A DNA stretch of 64,000 bases from Clostridia bacterium (GCA_017848335.1 JAGDAX010000046.1:2752-66751), one strand, 5' to 3'; counted from the first letter of the stretch, positions 34,701-43,971 are shown. Notes: a model not told the origin generated them from the letters alone. Translations and numbers: made by a program.

Positions 34701-34845
34701 TCGGCGGGCCGTCGTAAAACGTACAGACCGGCTTGCCTTCGCGGTTTTCGATGCTCTTCTCGAAAATGCCGTTGTCCTTCCAGAACTTTTCGATGGCCTT
34801 CTCGCGGTCCACGAAGCTAAGGTTCGACGAAACTTTTTTGTACAT
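31726..34845 (-). CDS. ileS: Isoleucine--tRNA ligase
   Basis: HIGH motif (PTANGKPHIGH), KMSKS motif (QKMSKSKGN), a CP1 editing domain and a zinc-ribbon-like CPRCGT. The start is taken at MYKKVSSNLSF (34845) after GAGGTGA. Confidence 0.97.
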   Translation of the reverse strand: MYKKVSSNLSFVDREKAIEKFWKDNGIFEKSIENREGKPVCTFYDGPPTANGKPHIGHVLTRVIKDMIPRYKTMKGYKVLRKAGWDTHGLPVELEVEKELGLDGKEQIEAYGLEPFIDKCKESVWKYKGMWEDFSSTVGFWADMDDPYVTYHNDFIESEWWALKQIWDKGLLYKGYKIVPYCPRCGTPLSSHEVAQGYKDVKETSVIAKFKVKDEDAYVLAWTTTPWTLPSNVALCVNPAETYVKVKSGEDTYYMAEALVPAVLGGDVEILAKYTGRDLEYKEYEPLFPFAKLNANEKAFYIVCDNYVTLTDGTGVVHIAPAFGEDDSNVGKKYGLPFVQLVNAKGEMTEETPWAGTFCKNADPLIMDELRSRGLLFKKLKFEHSYPFCWRCDTPLIYYARDSWFIKMTAVRDRLIANNNTVNWIPEGIGKGRFGSWLENVQDWGVSRNRYWGTPLNIWECSCGSRISVGSIDELKKLSDNCPDDIELHRPYIDAVTVKCPDCGGTMKRVPEVIDCWFDSGAMPFAQWHYPFENQDIFNENFPADFISEAVDQTRGWFYSLLAISTLLFDKAPYKNVVVLGLVLDEFGQKMSKSKGNAVDPFKALEDHGADAVRWYFYENSAPWLPNKFYFEAVNEGQRKFLGTLWNTYAFYVLYAGIDEFDPTKYRLDPAKLGSMDRWLLSKLNTVIKETDGNLGEYHITEAARCLQDFVDEMSNWYVRRSRERFWGKNLTEDKINAYMTLYTALVTVSKLAAPMIPFMTEEIYRNLVVNIDASAPESVHLCDYPAADESLIDSGLEASMEEVLKIVALGRACRNDAAIKNRQPLSVMYVSAPSPLTGEFKAIIEDELNIRNVEFTADMSRFSTYTFKPQLKTVGPKFGKLLGEIRPALASVDGNAAKKELDETGKLVLNLPSGPVELLTEDLLIDVGKVSGYASASEPGFAVAIDTNLTPELISEGYCREIISKIQTMRKDAGFDVTDHVNVFIGGTATVAEAVKAHAAEIAHDVLCDGFADAVIPGGSTREWDINGENTTISIARC

Positions 34846-34895
34846 TCTTTTCACCTCTGAATAATATGAATCCATATATATAATATGAACGAAAA

Positions 34896-35100
34896 CCGGG
34901 AGCGCGTCCGCTGGAATAAAGTCGGGAGGCAGTCCTCCGGAATTGCAGCCGGGAGCGCGTCCGCAGAAATAAAGTCGGGAGGCAGTCCTCCGGAATTGCA
35001 GCCGGGAGCGCGTCCGCTGAAATTGCAGTCGGGAGCACGTCCGCTGAAATTACAGTCGGGAGCACGTCCGTCAGAAATAAATCAGGAGCGTATCCATCCG
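34896..35100. repeat. Composite tandem repeat (27-nt core YCGGGAGCRCGTCCGCTGAAATTRCAG, two units expanded to ~59 nt) inside the ileS 5' leader
   Basis: Read directly, between the T-box element and the ileS start codon. Confidence 0.85.
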
Positions 35101-35289
35101 GATCGTTGCTTTTGGCGCACACGCAGACAGTACCGCGTCCGCTCAGCACAGCATAAGGATGAATGCGCTCCGTTGTTTTTACAATCATCATCCGCTTGCC
35201 CGATACCAACATATCTGCCCGGTGTAACGGCCGGAAGCCGGCGGGGGCTAATGCCCGTGAATGCAGAGGCTGTCTGCCGGAAGCGGAGC

Positions 35290-35644
35290 TTGGGTGGCAG
35301 GCCCGGCGTACCGAACGCCTGCCTTGCGCCCGCGGCAACGGACGTCGTCCGCGTACCGCCCGAGGGCTTAACAAAACCTCCGAATTCTTAAGGTAAGTGC
35401 CGGTTTAAAGTCTGCTTCTGCGTGCGCGGCCGTGAATGCCGCACCGACGCCTGCGGAAGGAGCGTTAAAGCTGCGCTTACCAAGGGGTTCACCCTGCTGC
35501 TCGGGAGTGATATTCGGTCAGTGCCTCCGTCATACGGGCCTCGCACCATACGCCCGCTCGCTGCAATTTCAGGCACAGCCTACTGTCTCCGTCAACGCAT
35601 TTCGGATACGTTGTGAGGATAGCACCGCGGAGGAGTTTTGTCAA
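35290..35644 (-). promoter_or_regulatory. T-box leader (Ile specifier) with promoter, upstream of ileS
   Basis: On the minus strand: TTGACA (35644-35639), a 17-nt spacer, then TATCCT (35621-35616). Stem I contains GACGGAGACAGTAGG. The specifier-loop context is GAA-AUU-G (AUU at 35557-35555). The T-box sequence GGGCGGTACGCGG is at 35361-35349. A downstream GC helix GGCAGGC...GCCTGCC lies at 35323-35296. Confidence 0.8.
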
Positions 35645-35882
35645 GGCTGAAGTTGAGGCGGTAAGGCTGCCGGAGGCAGGTGGCCAGAGGATTCGGCAGC
35701 TGGTGAAGAAAAAGGATTCCGCGTCTGCATTTTGGGACGAGTGCCGGGCGCTAAGTGCCGGGTGCGCTGCGCCGGCTTCAGGCCCTTCAGTGGCCCGGCC
35801 GGAGCGCCCGATCGTGACATCCTGAAAATTCCCGGTTTTTGCGTATTTACGGGCTAAAATCCGCTTTTTGCCGGAAAAACGG

Positions 35883-35911
35883 TTGATTTACGGGGAGCAA
35901 ACTGATATACT
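35883..35911 (+). promoter_or_regulatory. Sigma-70-type promoter of the small peptide gene
   Basis: TTGATT (35883-35888), a 17-nt spacer, then TATACT (35906-35911). Confidence 0.65.
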
Positions 35912-35984
35912 GAATGCGTATTTGCACAAAATACTGTTTATGGACTGTTTTTATAAAAAGCTTTACTTTTCGAGGAATACTATT

Positions 35985-36116
35985 ATGGAAAAAGTTATTT
36001 ACAAGGGTAAAGAAGCCTTCGTGAAGCCCGAGATTCAGGTGATCCTTTTTGAGGGCGGAGCCGACGTTGTGACAAACAGCGAAAACTGGGGCGAGTGGGA
36101 CTGGAACAAACCGTGA
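35985..36116 (+). CDS. 43-aa Trp-rich small protein (MEKVIYKGKEAFVKPEIQVILFEGGADVVTNSENWGEWDWNKP)
   Basis: GAGGAA RBS 7-8 nt upstream of the ATG, its own promoter, and a strong terminator directly after the stop codon. It is part of track ORF 35868..36116. Confidence 0.5.
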   Translation: MEKVIYKGKEAFVKPEIQVILFEGGADVVTNSENWGEWDWNKP

Positions 36117-36121
36117 ATGTC

Positions 36122-36152
36122 AGCGGGAGGATTTTGTCTTTCCCGCTTTTTT
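36122..36152 (+). terminator. Rho-independent terminator
   Basis: AGCGGGA (36122-36128) pairs with TCCCGCT (36141-36147), followed by TTTTT. Confidence 0.8.
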
Positions 36153-36305
36153 CCGTTGCCTCAGTGCAGAAACGCTCCAAAGCCGCCTGAAAAACGCGCG
36201 CAGAATATCTCCAAAGCGCGCAAACCGTGCCTGCGCAGCGCTCCGGTGGCTTCTGCCAAATGGCCCGGTTCACAGCCGCGAAACGCCCAAAGACTACTCG
36301 TCGCA

Positions 36306-36460
36306 GTTAAGCGGCCAGGCAGCCAGACGGCCAAGCCGCCAGAGGGTTAAGCGGCCAGGCAGCCAGGCGGCCAAGCCGCCAGACGGCCAAGCCGACAAAC
36401 GGTTAAGCGGCCAGGCAGCCAGGCGGCCAAACAGCCAAACAGTTAAGCAGCTAAACAGCA
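36306..36460. repeat. ~40-nt tandem repeat GTTAAGCGGCCAGGCAGCCAGRCGGCCAAGCCGCCAGAS, about 3.5 units
   Basis: Read directly between the peptide gene and the first esterase gene. Confidence 0.85.
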
Positions 36461-36560
36461 GACTCTTACATTGCAGGCAAACAGCAGCCTGATACTGTTT
36501 CTATATCTTTGCCGGCGGCTCTAAAGGGGGGGATTGGCCGGCTTTAGGAGGATAATCCAG

Positions 36561-39500
36561 ATGAATAAAAAGTGGAGATTTTTGACGTGCATTCTTGCGA
36601 TTGCCATGCTCTTTACGGTGCTGCCCGCAGCGAAGCCCGCTGACACGGCGGCGGCCGCAGGCGCCGGGCTGAAAAACGTGGCCCGGGAGGCGGTTTCTCT
36701 TGACGCGTGGTTTGAGGATTCCTACGGATTAAACGCAAGCCTTGTCGATACCTGGTGGTCGATCAACGGCCTTATTGACGGGGCGGTGCCGATCTTCCAG
36801 GATGGCGATACGCGCGTTTTAGGCTGGTACTCGCAGTCTTCGGCGGCAGCAGCGGATCTGTATCTGCAGATAACGCTGGCGGCGTCCTATGATATCGAGG
36901 AGGTCATCCTTTACCCGATCGGATTCCTTAACGGATTCACGTTCCCGGACACCTATGAGGTCTTGATTTCCGCCAACGGAAACGATTGGACAAAGATAGG
37001 CGAGGACGCAAACTGCGGCGGCCAGAATCTGTTCCCCAACGGTGTTCCCGCGTCGAAATCATACAACGCAGGCTCGCAGCGCGCCAGGTTTGTGATGCTC
37101 CATATCACAAGACTCGTCAATCCCGGCGACAACTATTACTACGCGGCGCTGGGCGAGATCGAGGTAATGGCTGCCGTGGAAGGCTCAGTCGGGCACGCGG
37201 AGGGACTTATTGACGTGGACGAGTACGGAGAGCTGGGTGACGAGATCGTCGGGGTGTCCTTCGACAACGTGGCCTATGACAACGTTATTCAGACCACCGA
37301 CGGTGCGCCGCTGGACTACGCCACGCTTTCGAACTACCTGCCCGGATACGCCTGGAAGTCGGGCTTCAGCCCCATCAATCTGAAGGCGCCGGATTGTCCG
37401 ACTTATGTCGGCCTCTTTGGATGGATAGGCTTTGACCAGCCGATCACAGCCTTTGGATATATTATCGGGGACCGCGCCCCCGTATTCGACCCCTTGTTCA
37501 TGCAGCAGGCCGAGGAAGGCGTTCTGCAGGCAGGCGGACAGTATGCCAAGAGGTTCGCCGTAACGATACCCATCAAGGAAGCGCCCGACAAGGGAACCAC
37601 GGCGATCTACGCGGTGGTGCAGCTGGCGGACGGCAAGATCATCGTGCTGAACAGCGACCGGAGCTACCTGTACCTCGGCATAGGCTTTGAGGTCGTGGGC
37701 GACGTGCCCACAGGCGGCGTCGAGCTGAATATTGAGGCCTGCAACCTCGCCTTCGAGAATGACACGTACATACTGTATGCGGTTTCCGGAGAGGTGCTCG
37801 ATAACGTAAAGCTTCTCGTATGGACAGAGCCCCGCTCCTCATATACCTACGGGACTCAGGCGGCTGTGCTTGAGCCGGTGGAGACCAGGGTCCTTCAGGG
37901 CACGGAGATGCTCGTTTTTGAGTACACCGGATTCGCCGCGAAGCAGATGACGAAGGACATATATGCCAGGGCGTTCCTTGACGAGGGCGGTCTTTACAGC
38001 TACAGCCCGCTCAAAAAGTACAGTATCCTTCAGTACGTTTACAACAAGACCGGGCGGACCGGCACTGCCAGCGCCAATCAGAACCTTATCAACGTTCTCA
38101 ACGCGATGATCGCCTTCGGCGCGGCGGCTCAGAGATATTCAAATTACGATACCGACAGACAGGCGACGGACGACTTCTATCAGATCAAAACTGAGGAAGG
38201 CCTCATATTCGACCGCGCCAATCACGGACTTTACAGGCCCGGCGACCGCATCTCACTGATGGCGCCTCCCATTGACGGGAGCGGCAATGAGTTTTCCCAC
38301 TGGGAAAATGCCGCAGGCGACGTCTTTGAGGGCAGAACCGCGGAGATCACCGTGGGCACGGCTGACGAAACCTATACGGCCGTATACGAGCCCTCGGCGC
38401 TGCCTTACGTGCCGGATTTCAGAGTCGCCAACGTGTTCGGAAGCGATATGGTGGTCCAGCGCGGCGACCCCGTCAAGGTATGGGGCTTCGCGGACAGCCG
38501 CTATAACGGCGGCAAGGTCTACGGCGAGTTTAAGGGCGTTGAGGCTGAGGCTGTCATTATTGACGGCAGATGGGATATGACCTTTGAGGCTTCCTTCGAG
38601 GCTGACGCCAATCCCGGCAACGATATGCGCTTCTACACGGCCGGCAAGGAGGAGGTGCTCCGCAACGTCCTTATCGGCGACGTGTATTTCGTGATCGGAC
38701 AGTCAAACGTGGCATACGATATGAGCATGCACTGGACATACGTTGACGATGACGAGGTGGACCGCTGCTCGCGCAAGGCAGACCTTGATTATCCCATAAG
38801 GCTTGCGTACAATACGCACCTTATTCCCAACAGCTCGCCTCACGGCTCCGCCACTACGATTACCGACATCAACCAGAAGAGCAACTGGAAGGTGGCCACC
38901 AAGTCGAAGCTGCAGAGCTTCTCGGCGATGGGATACCTTTTTGCGTGGAACTTCTGCAGACTTACGGACAGCACCGTTCCTGTGGGTATTATCGAGTTTG
39001 ACGGCAACGGCAGGGCCCTCGGGTGCTTCCTGCCCAACGAGCTGGCGAACAAGTACCACAGCGACACCTACAACGCCTCCACGGGCCTTTACGTGGTGAA
39101 CGGCGGCCAGGAAGGCAGATTCATGTACAACGACTATATGGTGGCATACGACGGACTGCCGCTGGCGGGTATCGTCTGGTATCAGGGCGAGAGCGACTTC
39201 ACGGGCACACTCACCAACAACTACCATACGGTCTACAAGGAATATATGGACTTCCTGCGCGAGAAGCACAACGGCAAGGATCTGCCCGTTTACTTCGTGG
39301 AATTCCCGCCGATATTCCAGCAGCCCAGCAGCTACCCGGATATGGACAAGTACGGCTGGCAGTATATGGACGTGGGCATGATTCGCGGACGCATGGGTTC
39401 AATGGTGCTTCTGGACGATAACTTCTACCAGGTGGAGTCCAGCGACCTCTGGAACGACAGAACGTTCTGGAACAACCTGCACCCCAACTGCAAGAACGAA

Positions 39501-39911
39501 CAGGCTCTCAGGGCCGCCAAGATCGCATGCGCGGTGCTGGGCGAGGGCGATATCTCAATGGCGGAGGCCTCCGGACCTGTTGTGGAATCCATAACCTTCG
39601 CGTCAGACAGAAAATCGGCCACCATAAAGTACAAGAACGTGGGCGACGGACTCAGGACCACGGACGGCTCCGCGGTGAAGGGCTTCCAGTACGGAAGGAG
39701 CGCCAATGCTGTAAACGGCACGATTTCCGCCACCATTACCGGCACGGACACGGTGGTCGTTCAGCTGACGGGTACGGTGGCGCGCCTGTACACCATAAGC
39801 TCGCTCTATTACAACTGCCAGACCTCGTGGGTCTTCGGAACTGACATCAACCTGTGCAATTCCGCAGGAATACCGGCAGGTGCGTTCAGGATGAACTACG
39901 GCGACTTCTAA
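36561..39911 (+). CDS. Secreted multidomain protein: F5/8 type C (discoidin) domain plus C-terminal sialate O-acetylesterase-like (SASA/SGNH) domain
   Basis: Signal peptide MNKKWRFLTCILAIAMLFTVLPAA. Discoidin-like segment YDIEEVILYP...ARFVMLHITR...GEIEV. SASA motifs GDVYFVIGQSN, GIVWYQGESD and NLHPNCKNEQALRAA. Confidence 0.8.
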   Translation: MNKKWRFLTCILAIAMLFTVLPAAKPADTAAAAGAGLKNVAREAVSLDAWFEDSYGLNASLVDTWWSINGLIDGAVPIFQDGDTRVLGWYSQSSAAAADLYLQITLAASYDIEEVILYPIGFLNGFTFPDTYEVLISANGNDWTKIGEDANCGGQNLFPNGVPASKSYNAGSQRARFVMLHITRLVNPGDNYYYAALGEIEVMAAVEGSVGHAEGLIDVDEYGELGDEIVGVSFDNVAYDNVIQTTDGAPLDYATLSNYLPGYAWKSGFSPINLKAPDCPTYVGLFGWIGFDQPITAFGYIIGDRAPVFDPLFMQQAEEGVLQAGGQYAKRFAVTIPIKEAPDKGTTAIYAVVQLADGKIIVLNSDRSYLYLGIGFEVVGDVPTGGVELNIEACNLAFENDTYILYAVSGEVLDNVKLLVWTEPRSSYTYGTQAAVLEPVETRVLQGTEMLVFEYTGFAAKQMTKDIYARAFLDEGGLYSYSPLKKYSILQYVYNKTGRTGTASANQNLINVLNAMIAFGAAAQRYSNYDTDRQATDDFYQIKTEEGLIFDRANHGLYRPGDRISLMAPPIDGSGNEFSHWENAAGDVFEGRTAEITVGTADETYTAVYEPSALPYVPDFRVANVFGSDMVVQRGDPVKVWGFADSRYNGGKVYGEFKGVEAEAVIIDGRWDMTFEASFEADANPGNDMRFYTAGKEEVLRNVLIGDVYFVIGQSNVAYDMSMHWTYVDDDEVDRCSRKADLDYPIRLAYNTHLIPNSSPHGSATTITDINQKSNWKVATKSKLQSFSAMGYLFAWNFCRLTDSTVPVGIIEFDGNGRALGCFLPNELANKYHSDTYNASTGLYVVNGGQEGRFMYNDYMVAYDGLPLAGIVWYQGESDFTGTLTNNYHTVYKEYMDFLREKHNGKDLPVYFVEFPPIFQQPSSYPDMDKYGWQYMDVGMIRGRMGSMVLLDDNFYQVESSDLWNDRTFWNNLHPNCKNEQALRAAKIACAVLGEGDISMAEASGPVVESITFASDRKSATIKYKNVGDGLRTTDGSAVKGFQYGRSANAVNGTISATITGTDTVVVQLTGTVARLYTISSLYYNCQTSWVFGTDINLCNSAGIPAGAFRMNYGDF

Positions 39912-39935
39912 GGGCCCGTTTCGGAGGATATAATT

Positions 39936-42791
39936 ATGAAAAAAATAATTATGAACAAAATGTGGAAAGCTTTGTCAGTCATCCTGTCGGTGGTTTTGCT
40001 GCTTACGCTTGTCCCGCTGGCGAAGACGCCTGCAGGGCAGAGGTCCTACGCGGAGCCTGCTCAGCAGCTCGTGGACGTGGACGCGTTCGGCACGTATCCC
40101 AACCAGATAAAGGGCGTGTCCTTCGACGGCGTATTGTACGACGGCGTGAACGTAACCAGAGACGGCAGACCGATCGACTGGAACACGATGAGCAATTACG
40201 TTTCGGGATTTACGTGGATGGGCGAGTATACTCCCGTTGATATGGGAGACCCCGACGCGCCTTCGGAGATCTCGTTTGTGGGCTGGATAGGACTCGACCG
40301 CCCCATTGCCGCGTTCGGATATATTGTCGGGAACGAAGAGCCGGTATTTGACGATTCCTTCATGAATGCGGCGGAGCAGGGCGTTCTGGATGCCGGCGGA
40401 CAGTACGCCAAAAGGTTCAACGTTACGATACCGGTGGGAGAGATTTCCGCGTCGGGCCGAACCATGATCTACCTCGTCACCAGGCTGAACGATAACAGAG
40501 TCATTGTCTGGAACAGCGACGTTTATCCCTCTCTCATGCTGGGCTTCGAGCTTTACACGGGCCAGGAGCAGACCGGTCAGGAGAACGATCTGACCATCGC
40601 CTCCTGCAACCTTGCGTTCGAAAACAACACGTACGTAATGTACGCGGTGGCCGGCGACGACCTGTCCGACGTAAAGCTGCTTGTCTGGAAGGACGCGCGC
40701 CCGAGTTACACCTACGGAACGCAGGATGATATTCTGGAGCCCTCACGCACGGAGATGCTGCAGGGGCAGGAGATGCTCGTTTTCGAGTACACGAAGCTTG
40801 CCGCCAAGCAAATACCGGACGCGATCTATGCAAGGGCGTTTTCCGACAACGGAGGGACCGCCAGCTACAGTGAGCTCAAGAAGTACAGTACGCTGCAGTA
40901 CATTTACAACAAGACCGGCCGCACAGGCACCGCAAGCCCCAACGCGAGCCTTATTGACGTGCTGGAGACGCTGAAGGAGTACGGAGCGGCGGCGCAGATA
41001 TACACCCGCTACAAGACCACCCGACTTGCCACGGACGATTTCTATCAGATCAAGGTCGTGGGAGGAAAGCTCAGCGACCAGGCGACGGACGGACTTTACA
41101 GGCCCGGCGACGTCGTCACGATGACTGCATCGGCTTTCGACGGAAACGGCGGCGAATTCTCCTGCTGGCAGAACGGCGCGGGTGCCGTGATCTCCTCCGA
41201 CAGGACGATCGATATCACCGTCGGAACCGCTGACGAGACCTATACGGCTGTATTCGAGGCTTCCTCGGCGCCGCAGGTAGGAAACTTCAGGGTCGCGAAC
41301 GTGTTCGGCAGCGACATGGTGGTCCAGAGAGGCGAGCCTGTGGTTATCTGGGGCTTCGCGGACACGAAGTACGACGGCGGCAGGATCTACGGAGAATTTA
41401 TGGGCTATGAGGCCGAGGCCACCGTGGAGAACGGCAGATGGGAAATGACCTTTGACTGCGCTCTCGAGGCGAACGCACAGCTGGGCAACAATATGCGCAT
41501 TTATTCCGCGGCAAGGGAGATCGTGCTTTCCGATATTCTCGTGGGAGACGTGTATTTCGTGATCGGCCAGTCCAACACCGCATACACTATGAACGCGCAC
41601 TGGGCCTACACGGACGCCAACGACGTGGACCGCTGCTCCGTCAACGCGGACTTCAGCTACCCCATCAGAATACAGTACAACGGTATGGACGTCTCGAACG
41701 GCCACATCCGCGGCTCCGCAGACGTGATACAGGATATTGCCCAGAAGAACACCTGGAAGGTGCCCACGGCGGGCAGGCTCCAGAACTTCTCGGCCATAGG
41801 ATACATTTTCGCCTGGAACTACTGCAGGATGACTGACAGCACGGTGCCCGTCGGCGTGATCGAATTCAACGGCAACGGACAGCCTCTCAGCGTATTCCTG
41901 CCCAACGAGATCGCGTCGCAGTACGGAACCGACGTATACAACCAGGCGCAGGGTATCTATATCACCAACGGCGTTTTCGCCATTGAGAGCAGGTTTATGT
42001 ACAACGGCTATATGGCCGCCTTTGAGGGCATGTCCATGGCCGGCATCCTCTGGTATCAGGGCGAGAGCGACTTCAACACAATGGAGAGAAACCGCTACGG
42101 CGAGGTATACAAGGCTTACATGGACTTCATGAGAAGCAAGCACAATACCAACAATAAAGACTTCCCGGTCTATTTTGTGGAATTCCCGCCGATCTATACG
42201 CAGCCGGCCAGCTATCCCGACCAGAATATATACGACTGGCAGTACATTGACGTGGGTATGATCCGCGGCAGAATGGGCGCAATGTCGCTTTTGGACGACA
42301 ATTTCTACCAGGTACAGTCCAGCGACCTCTGGCACGACAGGACCTTCTGGAACAACCTGCATCCGAACTGCAAGTACGAGCAGGCTCTGAGGGCCGCCGA
42401 GATTGCCTGCGCGGTGAACGGCGAGGGCGATATCTCCATCTCCGAGGCCTCGGACCCGGTGATCGAATCCGTGACCTTCGACGCCAACGGCAAGAGCGCG
42501 GAGATCAAGTTCAAGAACGTGGGAACCGGCCTTAAGACCATAGACGGCGCTGCCAGCGTCAAGGGCTTCCAGTACGGCAGAAATACCACCGATACGGTGT
42601 CTACCGCGATCGTCGGGAGGATCATCGCGCCCGATACCGTCAAGGTCGAGCTCACCGGAGCGGCGGCCCGTCTTTATACGATAGACTGTCTGGGGTACAA
42701 CTGCACGACCACAATGGAATTCGGCATCGATATCAATTTGTGCAATTCATTTGACGTTCCCGCCGGCGCGTTTATGGTCAACAGGACTTAA
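39936..42791 (+). CDS. Secreted SASA/SGNH esterase-like protein, tandem paralog of the preceding gene without the discoidin domain
   Basis: Signal peptide. Collinear with the upstream protein from VDVD.(F/Y)G onward, with roughly 55-60% identity by eye. Motifs GDVYFVIGQSN, GILWYQGESD and NLHPNCKYEQALRAA. Confidence 0.8.
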   Translation: MKKIIMNKMWKALSVILSVVLLLTLVPLAKTPAGQRSYAEPAQQLVDVDAFGTYPNQIKGVSFDGVLYDGVNVTRDGRPIDWNTMSNYVSGFTWMGEYTPVDMGDPDAPSEISFVGWIGLDRPIAAFGYIVGNEEPVFDDSFMNAAEQGVLDAGGQYAKRFNVTIPVGEISASGRTMIYLVTRLNDNRVIVWNSDVYPSLMLGFELYTGQEQTGQENDLTIASCNLAFENNTYVMYAVAGDDLSDVKLLVWKDARPSYTYGTQDDILEPSRTEMLQGQEMLVFEYTKLAAKQIPDAIYARAFSDNGGTASYSELKKYSTLQYIYNKTGRTGTASPNASLIDVLETLKEYGAAAQIYTRYKTTRLATDDFYQIKVVGGKLSDQATDGLYRPGDVVTMTASAFDGNGGEFSCWQNGAGAVISSDRTIDITVGTADETYTAVFEASSAPQVGNFRVANVFGSDMVVQRGEPVVIWGFADTKYDGGRIYGEFMGYEAEATVENGRWEMTFDCALEANAQLGNNMRIYSAAREIVLSDILVGDVYFVIGQSNTAYTMNAHWAYTDANDVDRCSVNADFSYPIRIQYNGMDVSNGHIRGSADVIQDIAQKNTWKVPTAGRLQNFSAIGYIFAWNYCRMTDSTVPVGVIEFNGNGQPLSVFLPNEIASQYGTDVYNQAQGIYITNGVFAIESRFMYNGYMAAFEGMSMAGILWYQGESDFNTMERNRYGEVYKAYMDFMRSKHNTNNKDFPVYFVEFPPIYTQPASYPDQNIYDWQYIDVGMIRGRMGAMSLLDDNFYQVQSSDLWHDRTFWNNLHPNCKYEQALRAAEIACAVNGEGDISISEASDPVIESVTFDANGKSAEIKFKNVGTGLKTIDGAASVKGFQYGRNTTDTVSTAIVGRIIAPDTVKVELTGAAARLYTIDCLGYNCTTTMEFGIDINLCNSFDVPAGAFMVNRT

Positions 42792-42855
42792 GACGCGCGG
42801 CCGGGTCGCCGGGGCGGTCCCGCCCCGGCTCTGAAACCGTTTTTAAAAGTCATGA

Positions 42856-42910
42856 GCTGCCCGTAGGCAATTTCGCGATACCCGCGGAGAGCCACCGGGC
42901 AGCTTTTTTT
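42856..42910 (+). terminator. Rho-independent terminator
   Basis: GCTGCCCG (42856-42863) pairs with CGGGCAGC (42896-42903), followed by TTTTTTT. Confidence 0.75.
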
Positions 42911-43120
42911 GATCGGCGGCAGACTCCGAAGCCGGGCTTCGCGGATCCCGGCCGGAGCATGCAAGAGGTCTGCCGCTTCGCTTTTTTCCTTGAAAAAAAA
43001 CCGCCCGTGTGGCATAATATCACACGGAAGGCAGCCCGGACTGAACCGCTTCAGGCACCTGATTTTCGGTGTGCCGCGGTCTTGGCGCGCGAAGGCTTCC
43101 GCGGGAGGACTCTTCACGGG

Positions 43121-43969
43121 ATGAATGAAGTTAAAAACACGGTTTCCAAAAATATTGCGGCTTTAAGGACTGCTTGCGGGATGACACAGGCCGAGCTTGG
43201 AGCTATTCTTAATTATTCGGACAAGGCCGTTTCCAAGTGGGAGCGGGGGGAGTCTATTCCCGACGTGACTGTGCTTGCTGAGATCTGCCGCATTTTCGAG
43301 GTGAGCCTTGACGATATGGTGAAGGGGCCGGTGGCGGCGCTCAGTGCCGAGAAGGCCGAGGCTGAGGCTGTCAGGGCGTCCAGAGAGGCCGGGAGCAGGC
43401 TCAAAAAGCACGTTGCAATCACGCTGATGAGCATGAGCCTGGTGTGGCTTGTGGCGGTGCTGGGGTATATACTTTGGCAGGGAGTGGCAGGCCCCGGCGG
43501 GAACGCGTGGATGGTTTTTGTTTACGCGGTGCCTGTGTCGGCGATCGTATTGGTGGTCTTCGCGGGAATATGGTTCTCGCGCAAGACGGTTTTTCCGGCG
43601 GTGACCGTGCTGATGTGGTCGGTGCTGGCGGCGATCTACCTTTCGCTGCTGGTATTCGGGGGCATCAACTTCTGGCTGGTATTTTTGATAGGCATTCCGG
43701 GGCAGATCATAATCTTGCTCTGGTCGGGCATTGTCGCGAATATGGGCATCAATTCGGTGCCTAAAGCGCTGAAGGGGATATTCACGGGCAAGGACAAGGG
43801 CAGCGATAAGAGCAAGAACGCGGATCAGAACAGGGACAAGTTCAAGGCCGGGGACGCGGATCAGAACAGGCACAAGTTCAAGGCCGGGGACGCGGATCAG
43901 AACAGGGACGCGGCCGGAAACATGATCAAGGATAAGGACGCAGACAGAGACAAGGCTGCAGGAGATTAA
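43121..43969 (+). CDS. XRE-family HTH regulator fused to a multi-pass membrane domain
   Basis: NIAALRTACGMTQAELGAILNYSDKAVSKWERGESIPD is a Cro/C1-type HTH. Four or five TM helices follow. The C-terminal tail DADQNR(D/H)KFKAG is repeat-derived. Confidence 0.8.
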   Translation: MNEVKNTVSKNIAALRTACGMTQAELGAILNYSDKAVSKWERGESIPDVTVLAEICRIFEVSLDDMVKGPVAALSAEKAEAEAVRASREAGSRLKKHVAITLMSMSLVWLVAVLGYILWQGVAGPGGNAWMVFVYAVPVSAIVLVVFAGIWFSRKTVFPAVTVLMWSVLAAIYLSLLVFGGINFWLVFLIGIPGQIIILLWSGIVANMGINSVPKALKGIFTGKDKGSDKSKNADQNRDKFKAGDADQNRHKFKAGDADQNRDAAGNMIKDKDADRDKAAGD

Positions 43970-43971
43970 AA

